From NCBI GenBank assembly GCA_964016885.1, contig OZ024740.1:136586001-136650000 (forward strand): a DNA stretch of 64,000 nt. The letters are read 5' to 3'. How positions within the stretch are numbered: position 1 is the first letter of the stretch; each line of letters begins with the position of its first letter. Below the pieces are notes generated by a model. It made no database searches. It saw only the letters and a list, made by a program, of their open reading frames with translations, and was not told where the DNA came from. Made by a program: the position numbers and the translations under genes. The DNA is from Eledone cirrhosa (taxonomy: Eukaryota). Shown here one piece after another: positions 24,264 to 37,900 of the stretch.

Positions 24264-25166
24264 CTCTTTTACTCTTTTACCTGTTTCAGCCATCCGGCTG
24301 AGGCCATGCTGGGGCACCGCCCTTGTTGCTACACATTTTATCTCCAGCCTGTATAGGTTGGCCACTGGTGTAAGAGGGAGTTTGTTGCTGCTGCCCTTAG
24401 GTTTCCCTCGTGTCTTGCTGTGGGCTCATCCGGGATCCTGGATAACAAGGTGTCGAGATGTTTATTGAAGACATCCAGCTCCACGTCATGCAAGTCTCTC
24501 AGATCCCTCGGCAGCCTGTTGAAGAGTTGAGGGCCCTTGAATCCCAGGCTATTGCAATACCTTCTCCTTATTCTAGATGTGGAAGACGGGACCTTTGGCA
24601 CCACACAGTGACGTCCTGTTCGACGGTTGGTCCAGCTCCCAATGCCAAAGTTTGGTGCTAGTCCCTCCAGGATTTTCCACATGTAGATCACTGCGTATCT
24701 CTTCCGTCTTCGCTCCAAGGAGTAGAGGTTCAGTTCCTTTAGCCTCTCCCAGTAGCTTGTCTCCCTCATCTTGGCAATCCTCTTGGTGTAGCTTCGCTGG
24801 ATTGCCTCAAGCTCCGTGGTTAGTTTGACACTATGGGGTGACCACAACTGGGAGCAGTAGTCCAGGCGGCTTAGGACAAATGTCCTCCATAGTGTCAACA
24901 TGGTGTCTCGATCTCTTGTCCGGAAAGTCCTCAAGATCCAGCCAGCGAGTCGTCTGCACATTGTCGCCACTTTCATGATGTGTGAAGAAAAAGATGCATC
25001 ATCGCTCATGTCTATGCCCAGGTCTCGTATCGATTTTGACACGGGGATATCGGTCCCTCTTGGTCCTGTGTAGTTGTGTTCCACTATATTTGTGTTTGCA
25101 GGTTTGTTTGGAGGTTTGTATTGTAGGGCTTGGAATAGCCAGCATTAAACTGCATGTTGTTTTCTT
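24264..25166 (-). mobile_element. 3' fragment of the same CR1/Jockey-group LINE as 14993-17318
   Basis: ORF 24338-25084 nearly identical to the C-terminus of the plus copy; same tail. Confidence 0.9.
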
Positions 25167-27455
25167 CTGTGATTTCTGTGCTACTGTCATTACTTGTTTT
25201 CTGTGTCTGTGTGTTTGTTAAGATTGTGGTGGTGGTGAGAGGCATTGAATGCGTGTGTGTTGTTGTTGTTGTTGATGTGTGCTGTTGTTGATGTGTGTTG
25301 TTGTTGTCTCCGTGTGTGTTATTGTTGTTGTGTGTGTTGTTATTGTTGTTTGTGTCTGCGTGTCTGTTGTTGTTGTTTCTGGGTATGTTGTTATTGTTGT
25401 TGTTGTTGATGTGTGTGTTGTTGTTATTGTTGTTTGTGTCTGTGTGTCTGTTGTTGTTGGGATGTGTGTCGTATATGTGTGTGCGTATATTGTTGCTTTT
25501 GTTTTTGTTTTTGAGGCTCCAGCGTAGTTTTGTAAATGATTTTTCTATTTCTGACAGACAACTAATCATATTTACCTTCTTGAATGTCGCAAATTTCGGG
25601 GGTAATCATAACACAGACATCTCATCGTTATCTATTCTTGCGTTACCATATATATTTGTGTTGTTGTTGTTGTTGAACTCTTCTGTTAATGAGGTGTCGG
25701 CCATATTTATACCGTCAATTTTGTCGGGATATCTATTGGTATTCTCTATAGTATCCTGATTTAGCTTTATCTGCCTAAGCCACTTTAGTTTCTTGTTAAA
25801 GTGCTTATCACATTCTTGAGTAATGTACTGTTCTTCAGGATGTATAAGGCTTATAAATATTAGTTTCTCTCTTGGTGTGGTGATCCTAGCTATTTCTTGT
25901 ATTAGGTTACGCTTATGTTTTTCTTGATGACTTAATTCTCTATAGATCTTCTTTTTTATGTTTAGAATTAATGTTCGTTTTAGCCTATCTGCTTGTTTTT
26001 TGGTGAGTTGTAATCTTCTAACGTCGGTGTTGATGGTGTTGGTGTAGACTTAGGATGAGGCACATTGTTTTATGAAGTGTAGTTGTCGAGATATTATGGT
26101 TTTTCGTAGACAACAGAACATGGTGGTTTTCAGTATCTTGTTAGCCTGGCTAAGGCTTACGATATTTCGTTTCTGAATTTGTATAGCAAGATTCTTTATC
26201 TGAAATCGTGTGTTGAAACCGATATTGTTATACTTTGGGAGGGTCATGTTGCCAATAAGAAACACACGCACCAGTTGCTTTCACTTCAATTTATTATATA
26301 TTTATAAATTTATAAATATATAAATTTATAAATTTCTGGTTGGTTGGTTGGTTCCACAACCAGATAGTTGTTTATATATAGTCATAGTTCTTTCGTCACA
26401 CACTCTGTGACCTCTTCAGTGACTGGGGATTCCTTTCTTTGTTTCTGTGCCTCTCCTTTGTTCTGTCCTACGCCATTTTGTTTCTGTGTGTGTGTTGTGT
26501 GCTCAGTCTGCGCATGCGCCACATCCGGGTGTCTGTGTGTGTTTATGTTCATTTATTTATTTGTTTATTTACATGTTACTGGTTGGTTGTTTGTTCTATG
26601 TGTGTGTGTGTTTTCATTTTGTCCTTAATTGTAAGTTGTGATGTTGCTGTTCCACTCATATTTTCTATTTAATTTTGGTTGTAATTCTTTTATGTTTATT
26701 GCCTCTGTAATTTGTCTAAACATTGCGTCTTTTCTGTGTGTAGATTCTATTTTTATTTCTATGTTCTCTAATTTACCCTTGTGTTCTATCTTAGCATGTT
26801 GGTAGAGTACAGATGATTCTTTATTATCTTGAAGGTCTCGCCAGTGTTCATTTATCCGTTCCCCTACACTACCAGCTGTCTCACCTATGTACACTATATT
26901 TTTGTCTCTACATTGTCCTTCAGTACATCTTATGCTATACACTACATTTCTAGTTTTACAGTTAATATGGGAGCTTATTTTACAGGTTATACATTTCTTA
27001 TCTATACATGAGGGTCTTTGAAAAGGGTATGTCTTGCTAATAAGTGTTTTTACGGAGGTACCTGGTCTTTCTACTATCTTAATATTGAGTTTATGTTTAT
27101 TTAGGGCCCTTCTAAATTTGTAAGCTAATTCACCTCTTGGGGTTGTATTGATGAACATTACACTCTGGTATTTATTGCTATCATACCATGAGTTTATTCT
27201 ATTAGCCTTGTTCCTAGTTCTTCCTATTCTATTCGAAAATTTGCTCCTATACAAGGGGCAGGTCCCATTTATGTCATTATTTACCATTTTTTCCCATTTG
27301 GTTCTGGCTCCTCTATACACTCTGATTTTATCTCTCTGATTGTAGCCAGAGAACTGCATACGGTGGATGAAGTGTTGTATGTGTCTCTCTAGTTCTTCGG
27401 GGTAGCACATGCGGGACACATTTCTCATCACCCGTACCAAATCCGCAATCAGTAT
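25165..27455 (-). mobile_element. Partial tandem family A PLE: RT end and GIY-YIG, pLTR, then the ORF start of the next unit
   Basis: ORF 26625-27440 (RT thumb plus GIY-YIG in one frame); pLTR; ATG at 26247 (MTLPKYNN...) continuing to the poly-Asn region at 25165-25569. Confidence 0.9.
26381..26423 (-). ncRNA. Minimal hammerhead ribozyme (family A)
   Basis: Same motif as 5063-5105. Confidence 0.82.
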
Positions 27456-28147
<692 letters not shown>

Positions 28148-28525
28148 ACACATGACCATGACCTCTGGCGTCACGCAGTAATACAGAGTACCCGACCTCC
28201 CATGAGTACAAGCTGAAGCATATAGACAATATGCCCCCACACCCTCGCACTGCAAGGTGGTCGTGGAGGTGCCATGGCAAAAAAGCACCCGGCCCACACT
28301 GTAAAGTGGACGTGTAGGCGCCACGGAAAAAGCACGCAGCACTCACTGTAAATGAGGTTGGTGTTAGGAAGGGCATCCAGATGTAGAAATCAAGCCAAAA
28401 TCAGTTCCTGTATGAGCAGGCATGGTCAGCCGACCAGACACTGCCCACAACAGGACAACCCGTCTAACCCATGCTAGAATGAAAGAACGGACATAAAACG
28501 GTGGTGATGATGATGACGATGATGA
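28148..28525 (+). mobile_element. RTE 3' end fragment (same family as the 38130-38452 end)
   Basis: catgacctctggcgtcacgcagtaatacagag...; (GAT)n tail. Confidence 0.82.
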
Positions 28526-28544
28526 TATATATATATTTATATAT

Positions 28545-30358
28545 ATCATCATCATCATCATCACGTTTAACATCCATCTTCCACGCTTGCATGGGTTTGG
28601 ACGGGAGTTTTCCCACTTGAGGCAAAAGTGGTTGTTTTGCTCGCATAGGACTGTCTGGCGGGTTTTCTACGGCTGGGTGCCCTTCCCAACATCAACCACG
28701 TTTACAGTGTGGACTGGGAGGTTTTTATCGTGTTACCTACACGGCCACATTACAGCGTGGACTGTGTGTTTTTTTTGTCATGAGACCTATACGACCTCAT
28801 TTGTTTCGGACTGGATGTTGTGGTACTAACATGATTTTACATTGAAAGGGATGGGGTGGGGATAGTGGGACGGCGTGTATTTTGTTAGAGGTGCCTACTG
28901 ACTGTAGGTTTCGCTTTGTACTTAGGCAAGGCGGGTCTTCTGTATGACTGTGTATCGCCAAAGATCTCCATCCAGTGACATTGTCTTGGAGAGGTGTAAG
29001 TGTGTGAGGTAAGAATTTATCAAGTCGTCCCAGGTTTTTTTGGGTCTGCCTACTTCGTGGCTACGGTCTATTTTTATTGCCCTGCACTTTTTTATACAGC
29101 TGTCGTCTTTCATGCGCATCACGTGACCGTACCAACGTAGTCTTCTCTCGAGTAAACATCTGATCCCTCTTATTCCTAAATGTTCCCTTAGTTCGTTTAT
29201 GCTTTGCCATTCACGTATATTACTATTACACATCCAGCGGAGCATGCAAGCTTCGTTCCTCTCCAGTCTGCGTATATCCTCTGCACACAATGCCCAGGTC
29301 TCACTGCTATGTAACATTGCTGTTCGTATGCAGGCATCATACAGCCTGCCTTTCATTTTTAGAGAGAACACTTTAGCGGCTAATAGTGGTATAAGCTCTC
29401 TGAACTTTTTCCATCCAGTTCTGACTCTAACTACTGTACTTTCAGAGCACCCTCCACCACTGCTGATTTTGTCACCCAAGTAACGGAAGGTGTCCACTAT
29501 TTCTATAGAACCATCTGTGCAATGGAATGAGCTAGTATTCTGTGGGCACTTGCTGCTACTTATTGCAGCAGAGCACCGGCCACATATAAAATCTATATTC
29601 TTAGTTAGCTTACCTGTGATTCCACTACATCTTTTATGCACCCTTACTTTGCATTTGGGACATAAAATGGAGTTTCTGCCTACTCATTTCCTACACCGAG
29701 CATGGCCATTTCCCGGATGGGACCGGTGCCCTATTTTCCTTCCTACAAACTAGAACTTTAGTCTTAGACAGGTTAATTTTAAGGCCTTTTGATTCTAGGC
29801 CATGCCTCTCTAGTTCATCTATGAGTGTTAGATCATCTGCGTATAGGAGTTCCCATGGGCAGCCGGTCTTGAACTCCTCTGTTATAGCCTGAAGGGCAAT
29901 AATAAATAGTAGGGGGCTAAGAACGGAGCCCTGATGAACACCAACTTTTACGCTAAACTCTTCACTATATTCGTTGTTAATTCTAACCTTGCTGACTGTT
30001 TCTTTATACATGGCTTGTATAGCTCTCACAAGCCATTCATCAACACCTAGTTTTCTAAGAGCCCACCAGATAATGGAACGGGGGACTCTTTCAAGGGCTT
30101 TCTCCAAGTTGACAAAAGCTAAGTATAGGGGTTTACTTTTAGCTAGGTACTTCTCCTGTAGTTGTCGTACAATGAAAAGAACGTCTGTGGTACTTTTACC
30201 TGACACAAACCCGAACTGCATTTCATCTATATCAATACGCTCTCTGATTAGTTGCGCTATTACTTTTTCTGTGAGCTTCATGACCTGGTCGATTAATTTA
30301 ATGCCTCTATAGTTACCCCTATCTAGGGCATCTCGTTTACCCTTGTAGCAGTTAATGA
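28545..30358 (-). mobile_element. 5'-truncated RTE LINE (RT, C-terminus, 3' UTR)
   Basis: ORFs 29691-30281 (GVHQGSVLSPLLF, LLYADDL) and 28922-29641 (RLRWYGHVMR, GRPKKTW). Confidence 0.92.
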
Positions 30359-30401
30359 TGATATATATATATATTTATATATATATATTTATATATATAT
30401 T

Positions 30402-30480
<79 letters not shown>

Positions 30481-30531
30481 ATATATATTTATTGCAAGTA
30501 AGTATGTTTTGAAACAGTGAGCAGGTTTTAA

Positions 30532-30849
30532 ATTAGAAAATATATAGCTTTCACCGTATTTTTGACTAAAGGAATTTTAGCCTGATAATGGGGTTTAGAA
30601 CCCTCAGATAAATGGAAAAAGATGAGTATTGACGTACATGGGAGTCGAACCCACATCTTTGGTTATCCAGACCACTGTGCTACCATTACACCAAATGGTA
30701 GCACAGTGGTCGCGATAACCAAAGATGTGGGTTCGACACCCATGTACGTCAATACTCATCTTTTTCCATTTATCTGAGGGTTCTAAACCCCATTATCAGG
30801 CTAAAATTCCTTTAGTCAAAAATACGGTGAAAGCTATATATTTTCTAAT
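30532..30849. mobile_element. Fold-back duplication of a tRNA-headed SINE-like element
   Basis: ~156 bp arms around a 6 nt spacer at 30688-30693. Confidence 0.75.
30630..30693 (-). pseudogene. tRNA-derived sequence lacking the 5' acceptor strand
   Basis: A box TGGTGTAATGG; anticodon-like arm tggt-CTGGATA-acca; T arm gtggg-TTCGACT-cccat; TTTTT about 10 nt downstream. Confidence 0.65.
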
Positions 30850-30878
30850 ATATATTTATATTTATATATATTTATATA

Positions 30879-30912
<34 letters not shown>

Positions 30913-30914
<2 letters not shown>

Positions 30915-30952
30915 GAGATGAAGATCCGCTAAGGTGAAACAATTGTTCTCGG
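30913..30952 (+). ncRNA. Degenerate hammerhead (C3 altered) in a ~70 bp pLTR fragment
   Basis: ccgag-ATGAAGA-t-cc-gctaa-gg-t-GAAA-caattg-TT-ctcgg. Confidence 0.6.
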
Positions 30953-30991
30953 TATGGTGAACTAACTGTTGTATAACCACTTCTATATATA

Positions 30992-31062
<71 letters not shown>

Positions 31063-31139
31063 TTATATATATATATATTTATATATATATATTCATATAT
31101 ATATATATATTTATATATATATATATATTTATATATATA

Positions 31140-31982
31140 TGATTTATTGATATTTTATTTGAGTGACCCGAATCTTCCTGGTCGTTCTTTTTCGGCTGTA
31201 CGGGTGATTTTAGGCATAATCTCTATGTGTTGGTAATTTAACGATGGTTATAGCTCTGATTTATCCAAATTATTGAGCCCTCTGCCACACATATCGGATA
31301 TTGTTTATCGTTAATTCGTGAGCTGTTTTTCCGATTCTCGATTATTCTACTATATTTAGCTCTAGACTTTAGTTATTGACCAGTTAATTTTATTGATTAT
31401 TTTTTTGTCGATCTTATTGACTGATGAATAGCTCCTGTTTATTTTAACACGTCTGTTGAGCACTCTGATTCGATATGTGATATTTTGTATTCTTACATAA
31501 TTTGCACATTACCGAAATATTTCGCTATTATAGAGGTTATCTCCCTTGCTGGGTACCATGTGCGTTTCTGGCTAAGGGTCCTTTCTATATTATCGGACGG
31601 AACCCGTTGAGAAAGCTCTTCCGCGTCCAGTCCTTCTCTAGAAGTCTTATATATTTTTTATGTGGGCTGATAGTGAATGGATTAAGGAATTGCAGAAACC
31701 CAAGAAGCTAGATTTAACACCCTTCTAGCGGGTCCGGGTAAGTTTTTTACATTCATTTAATGTATTGATTTATTGATATTTTATTTGAGTGACCCGAATC
31801 TTCCTGGTCGTTCTTTTTCGGCTCTAAGGGTGATTTTAGGCATAATCTCTATGTGTTGGTAATTTAACGATGGTTATAGTTCTGATTTATCCAAATTATT
31901 GAGCCCTCTGCCACACATATCGGATATTGTTTATCGTTAATTCGTGAGCTGTTTTTCCGATTCTCGATTATTCTACTATATA
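31140..31982. repeat. Non-coding ~626 bp unit with its first ~215 bp directly repeated
   Basis: 31140-31356 matches 31766-31982; flanked by (TA)n. Confidence 0.8.
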
Positions 31983-31986
31983 TATT

Positions 31987-32017
<31 letters not shown>

Positions 32018-32046
32018 ATTTATATATATATATATATTTATATATG

Positions 32047-32128
<82 letters not shown>

Positions 32129-32502
32129 TATATCTATATATTAATTTCAACAATGTCATAATTCTCGATTATCATTGGTTCATAGGTTTCAAACGAGTCC
32201 GCCCACCTCAACGACGCCAAACTTAAATTAATATGCATAATGCCAATGAGGGAGTGAGAGGGGAGAGAGAGTGAACACTATGTATATGTATCAGTGTAAA
32301 GACGTGTGTGTGTGTGATGTGTGTGGAAATAAGAGGGGAAGGAAAGCAATAACTATTAACATGTGTGCGTGTGTATGTACGTGCGCATATGTTTGTGTGT
32401 GTATATGATATATATGATTATATATATATATGATATATATATATATATGATTATATATATATATGATATATATATATGATATATATATATATAATATATA
32501 TA

Positions 32503-32860
32503 TAAGTACAGTGGCTTATTTTTCTCTATGAACCTCCCTTGTAATTGTCTCACCAAGAAGAGAGCATCTGTTGTACTCTTCCCAAGCACAAAACCAAACT
32601 GCATCTCATCTAGTTTGACTCTTTCTCTAATTAGTTGTGCTAATATCCTTTCTGCCACTTTCATAACCTGATCCATCAGTTTTATACCCCTATAATTGCT
32701 CCTCTCCAGAGCATCCCCTTTACCTTTGTAGCAATTTATGAGAATACTGCTGCACCAGTCTTTGGGTATGACACCACCATATATAGCCTGATTGATGATG
32801 CGTGCAACCAGTTTAGTGCCTACATCCCCTGATGCCTTCAGCATCTAGCTGCAATACGAA
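32503..32860 (-). mobile_element. Inverted duplicate of the 5' end of the adjacent RTE
   Basis: ORF 32356-32844(-) nearly identical to 32929-33270(+). Confidence 0.88.
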
Positions 32861-32914
32861 ATATATATGATATATATATGCTATATATGATATATATATA
32901 TATCATATATATTT

Positions 32915-34530
32915 CGTATAGCAACTAGATGCTGAAGGCATCAGGGGATGTAGGCACTAAACTGGTTGCACGCATCATCAATCAGGCTATATATGGTGGT
33001 GTCATACCCAAAGACTGGTGCAGCAGTATTCTCATAAATTGCTACAAAGGTAAAGGGGATGCTCTGGAGAGGAGCAATTATAGGGGTATAAAATTGATAG
33101 ATCAGGTTATGAAAGTGGCAGAAAGGATATTAGCACAACTAATTAGAGAAAGGGTCAAACTAGATGAGATGCAGTTTGGTTTTGTGCTTGGGAAGAGTAC
33201 AACAGATGCCCTCTTCTTGGTGAGACAATTGCAAGAGAGGTTCTTAGAGAAAAATAAGCCCCTATACTTAGCCTTTGTTGACCTAGAGAAGGCCTTTGAT
33301 AGGGTACCCCAATCTGTCATCTGGTGGTCCCTAAGGAAACTAGGTGTTGAGGAATGGCTTGTGAGGACAGTGCAAACTTTGTACAGAGGTACTGTCAGTA
33401 AAGTCAGGGAAGGAATGGAGTTTAGTGAGGAATTCCAGATACAAGTAGGAGTACATCAAGGTTCGGTCCTCAGCCCCCTCTTGTTCATTATAATCCTCCA
33501 AGCCATAACAGAGGAGTTTAAGACTGGCTGTCCATGGGAACTTCTCTATGCTGACGATCTGGTTCTTATAGCAGAATCAGTAAAGGAGATAAAGAATAAA
33601 TTCTGGCTATGGAAACAGCAGTTGGAAGCAAGGGGACTGAGAGTGAACCTAGCTAAGACAAAAGTATTGATGAGTAGAAAAGAGGACAAAACTCTGATTC
33701 CGTCAGGGAAATAGCCATGTTCGATATGCAGAAAAGGAACTGGTATAAATTCTATAAAATGCACACAATGCAGATCCTGGATACACAAGAGATGTAGCGG
33801 GATAGCAGGCAAACTAACAGGTATGGAGAAATACGTATGCAGTTGATGTACAGGGAAATTAGACAGTAGAAGTCGCATTGATAGACACATTTTTCAAATG
33901 CAGGCGGGTGCTATAGAAGCGGTGGATAGCTTCCGGTACCTAGGAGATCAGATTAGCATGGAAGTATCTAGAAAAACAACGGCTTGGAAGAAGTTTAGGG
34001 AGCTGCTTCCTCTGCTGACGAAGAAGGGTTTCTCCCTGCGTACGAAAGGCCGGTTATATGATGCCTGTGTGAGGAGCGCGATGCTGCATGGTAGTGAGAC
34101 ATGGGCAGCAACTGCAGAGGATATGCGACGGCTGGAGAGAAATGAAGCAAGCATGCTCCGTTGGATGTGAAATGTCAATGTGTGTGAACGACTCAGCATG
34201 AATGTGTTGAGAGAGAAACTGTGTCTGAGAGGGATAGATTGTAGTGTGCGAGAGAGGAGACTGAGGTGGTATGGACATGTGATGCGCATGGAGGATGACC
34301 GATGGGTGAAGAAGTGCCAGGAAATGCCAGTTGAAGGAAGACGTGGTAGAGATAGACCACGAAAAACATGGGCGGAGGTGGGGAGAACAGACCTCAGATC
34401 ACTGAAGCTCACGGTGGAGATGACGAAGGACCGTGACAAGTGGAGAGATGCTGTGCTGAATAAGACCCATCCCACCCTTGCAAGCAGAGAAGAGCGGATG
34501 TAAAATGATGATGATGATGATGATGATGAT
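32915..34530 (+). mobile_element. 5'-truncated RTE LINE with short 3' UTR and (ATG)n tail
   Basis: ORFs 32929-33714 (FVDLEKAFDRVP, YADD), 33898-34170, 34180-34503. Confidence 0.92.
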
Positions 34531-34984
34531 ATATAATATATATATATATAATATATCCCTCTCTCTCTCCCTCTTTCTATCTATCTCTAAGCCACCTATT
34601 ACCTCCCTTTCCCTCTCATCCATTCCTTTCTCACTTGTCCTGAAGTTCTTCAAGAGATAAGACACACTTGACTCTGAAAGGCTAAAATGAATCACTAAAG
34701 CTGCTAAACCACGTTCCAGCCATCCATACAAATCTTCTAGGTATCCCTCTATTTCCCAATTGCAAATGTTCCGCTCACACAATTATTGCTGTATTTATCA
34801 CTTCACTAGCTTCCACAACACATTTATTTTTACCCTCATTTTCTCTCCCATGCTACCTCTCTACGAAGTCATCTACTCTCTTCCTCTCTCTTACACTATT
34901 ATTAGTGTTGTTGTATTTATCAGTTCGCTGTCTCTTCAAAGTCATCTACTCCTATCGGTTTATTTTTCCATGAGATGCTACAAG

Positions 34985-37900
34985 CCATGATGGCTACCTA
35001 CCTCACAATTTCCCTCCCGCCCACCCCCTCACACCACCATAGCCTATTCGACTAATCAAAGCTCAGCATCTCCCCCTCATCCATTACCAACCCCAACAAA
35101 CCCTGTTCTTCTAGCCCTAAATTTTCCTACCATTATGTATGGATGAGCTGAGAATAAATGGAGCAACCCTGAATTAATAAATGAAAATGAATATGAATCC
35201 GCAAGCTACCAAACACCCATGTGAAGCTTCAATTCAGAGACAGGAAGCACATGTACAAAAATCAGTGCTACAAATTTTTCTGGGTGGGAAATGACGATGG
35301 GATGGGTGGTGTAGGTATTCTACTAGCTGACAAGTGGGTAGATAAAGTAATCTCAGTGAACAGGGTGAATGCAAGAATCATTAAACTCAGACTTGAATAA
35401 AACAATTACCACAATAATATCAGCTTACGCACCCCAATCGGGGTTGCCAGACGAACTTAAGGATAGGTTTTACGAGTCCCTAATGCACACTACTGCTCTA
35501 ACAAATGACAATGACTTCCTAATCATTGCAGGAGATTTTAACGGACATGTAGGTAAACACTGTGACAGCTTCAATAGAGTCCATGGAGGTCATGAGGTTG
35601 GCACAAGAAATGAAGAAGGATTCAGGCTTCTAGAATTCTGCGACGCCAATGACATGTCGATATGTAACACAAATTTCAAAAAGCCCAACAACCACCTGAT
35701 CACCTATAGATCAGGGGAGCATTCTAGTCAGATTGATTTTATCCTCATCAGAGGACGGTCGTAAACACAAAAGCCTTCCCTAGTGAGGAATGTACCTCCC
35801 AACATAGCTTAGTTGTCAACGACCTCACGGTCAGAACTAGACGAACCTGGAAACAGAGGCCAACCTGGAGAAGAAAGATCTGGAAGCTGAAAGACCCCTC
35901 AGCCAGTAACAGATTTAAAGATATTTTACTCAACGCCTACAACAGTAAAGAAGAACAGATAGAGACATTCAATGTAGAAGAGCACTGGGAATTCCTAAAA
36001 AATAACTTACTAGAGGTGACGGATGAGATCTGTGGCTGGAGTAAGACCACAGGCAGGAGGGGAGTGACTTGGTGGTGGAACAATAAGGTAGATGAGGCAT
36101 TTAAGGCCAAGAGACAGGCATGGAAAGAATGGAAGAACGGGGGGGAAGCAGGGTACATTACATAGAGACCAGGAGGGAAGCTAGGCAACAAATATACTTA
36201 GCTAGGAGGGAAGCAGAGGATAGAAAATTCAAGCATGTTTTGCAACGTGAGGACCAGAAACAGGAGGTGTTCAAGATTGCGAGGCAGTGTGTCAGAGAGA
36301 ATTGTGATGTCATTGGAGAGAAGTGTATCAGGAATGATAAAGGTGAGCTTGCCCTCACAAGTGCTGAGAAGAAAGATGTGTGGAAGAGCCATTATGATAG
36401 GGTCGATAAAATAAAGTACCAGTAATACACTGGGATAATAGCTGGCCTTTTGCCAAAAGTAGAAACAATTATGATAGATTACTAAATGAGGAGAATGCAT
36501 GTGAAGAAGAGACCTTACCCCAAGTAGACCCTATAGAGGAGCCAGCAGTACAAGCCAGCAGCAGTGTAGTAAGTAAGGCAATCAAAGATATGAAGATGGG
36601 GAACGCAACCGGTCCATCCGGTATAGCTGAAGGCATCTGGGTCGGTAGGTCAGACTATAACCACACGTATTGTTAACCAGGTAATACTAGAAGGTATCAT
36701 ACCAAAGGATTGGTGCAGTAGCATCATTGTCAACTGCTACAAAGGTAAAGGTGATGCACTAGATAGAGGAAACTATAGAGGTATAAAGCTGATGGACCAG
36801 GTCATGAAAGTAACAGAAAGAGTTATAGCACAGTTGATTAGGGACCGGGTGAAACTAGATGAGATGCAATTTGGGTTTGTACCAGGAAGAGGCACCACTG
36901 ATGCCCTCTTCCTTGTGAGGCAGTTACAGGAAAAGTACCTAGCTAAAAGTAAGCCACTCTACCTGGCATTCGTCGATTTCGAGAAAGTTTTGACAGAGTT
37001 CCACATGCTATAATCTGGTGGGCTCTTAGAAAACTAGGAGTAGATGAATGGATTGTGAAAGCTGTACAAGCCATGTATAGGGGAGCAGTCAGCAAAGTTA
37101 GGATTAGCAATGAGTATAGCGAGAAATTTAGTGTACAAGTTGGTGTCCACCAGGGCTCTGTTCTTAGCCCTCTCCTGTTCATCATAATCCTGCAGGCAAT
37201 AACAGAGGAGTTTAAGACCGGATGCCCATGGGAACTCCTGTATGCAGATGACCTCGCACTTATAGCTGAATCTATGGTAGAACTAGAGAAGAAATTCCAA
37301 ATTTGGAAGCAAGGACTAAAAAGAAAGGGTCTCAAAGTCAACCTGACAAAGACTAAGGTCCTTGTAAGTAGACGAGAAAACAGAACCCAGATCCCCTCAG
37401 GGAAATGGCCTTTCTCAGTATGTAGGAAAGGTGTAGGAACTCCATTCACTGCCCCAAATGCAAACAATGGGTACACAAGAGATGTAGCAGGATCTCAGGA
37501 AGCTTAATTAAGAATGTAGGCTTCACGTGTAGCAGCTGTGCTGGGACAGCAAGCAGCAAACAGCCACAGGAAACAAGTACCACCAATCTCTGGGAGGGCT
37601 CTGTAGAAACAGTAGACAGCTTCTGCTACCTAGGTGATCGAATTAGCAATGGAGGTTGGTGTTCAGAAAGTACAATAACTAGGGTAAGAACGGGATGGAA
37701 GAAGTTCAGGGAGCTACTGCCACTGCTAGATGCAAAAGGCTTTTCCCTCAAAATGAAAGGCAGACTGTATGATGCGTGTATACAAACAGCAATGTTACAT
37801 GGTAGTGAGACCTGGGCGCTGAAGGTGGAAGACCTACGTAGATTAGAAAGAAACGATGCCTGCATGCTCCGATGGATGTGTAATAGTAATATACGCGAAC

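Noticed and set aside
30630-30693. Functional tRNA gene
   Set aside because: 5' acceptor strand missing and the second arm is mutated
31415-31530. CTGATGA at 31421 with a downstream GAAA as a hammerhead
   Set aside because: No convincing helix I or helix II
34160-34175. TGA at a Cys position (WM*N), suggesting selenocysteine recoding as in Naiad PLEs
   Set aside because: Single instance in an RTE that also has a TAG stop; other TGA stops fall at Arg positions; no SECIS recognised
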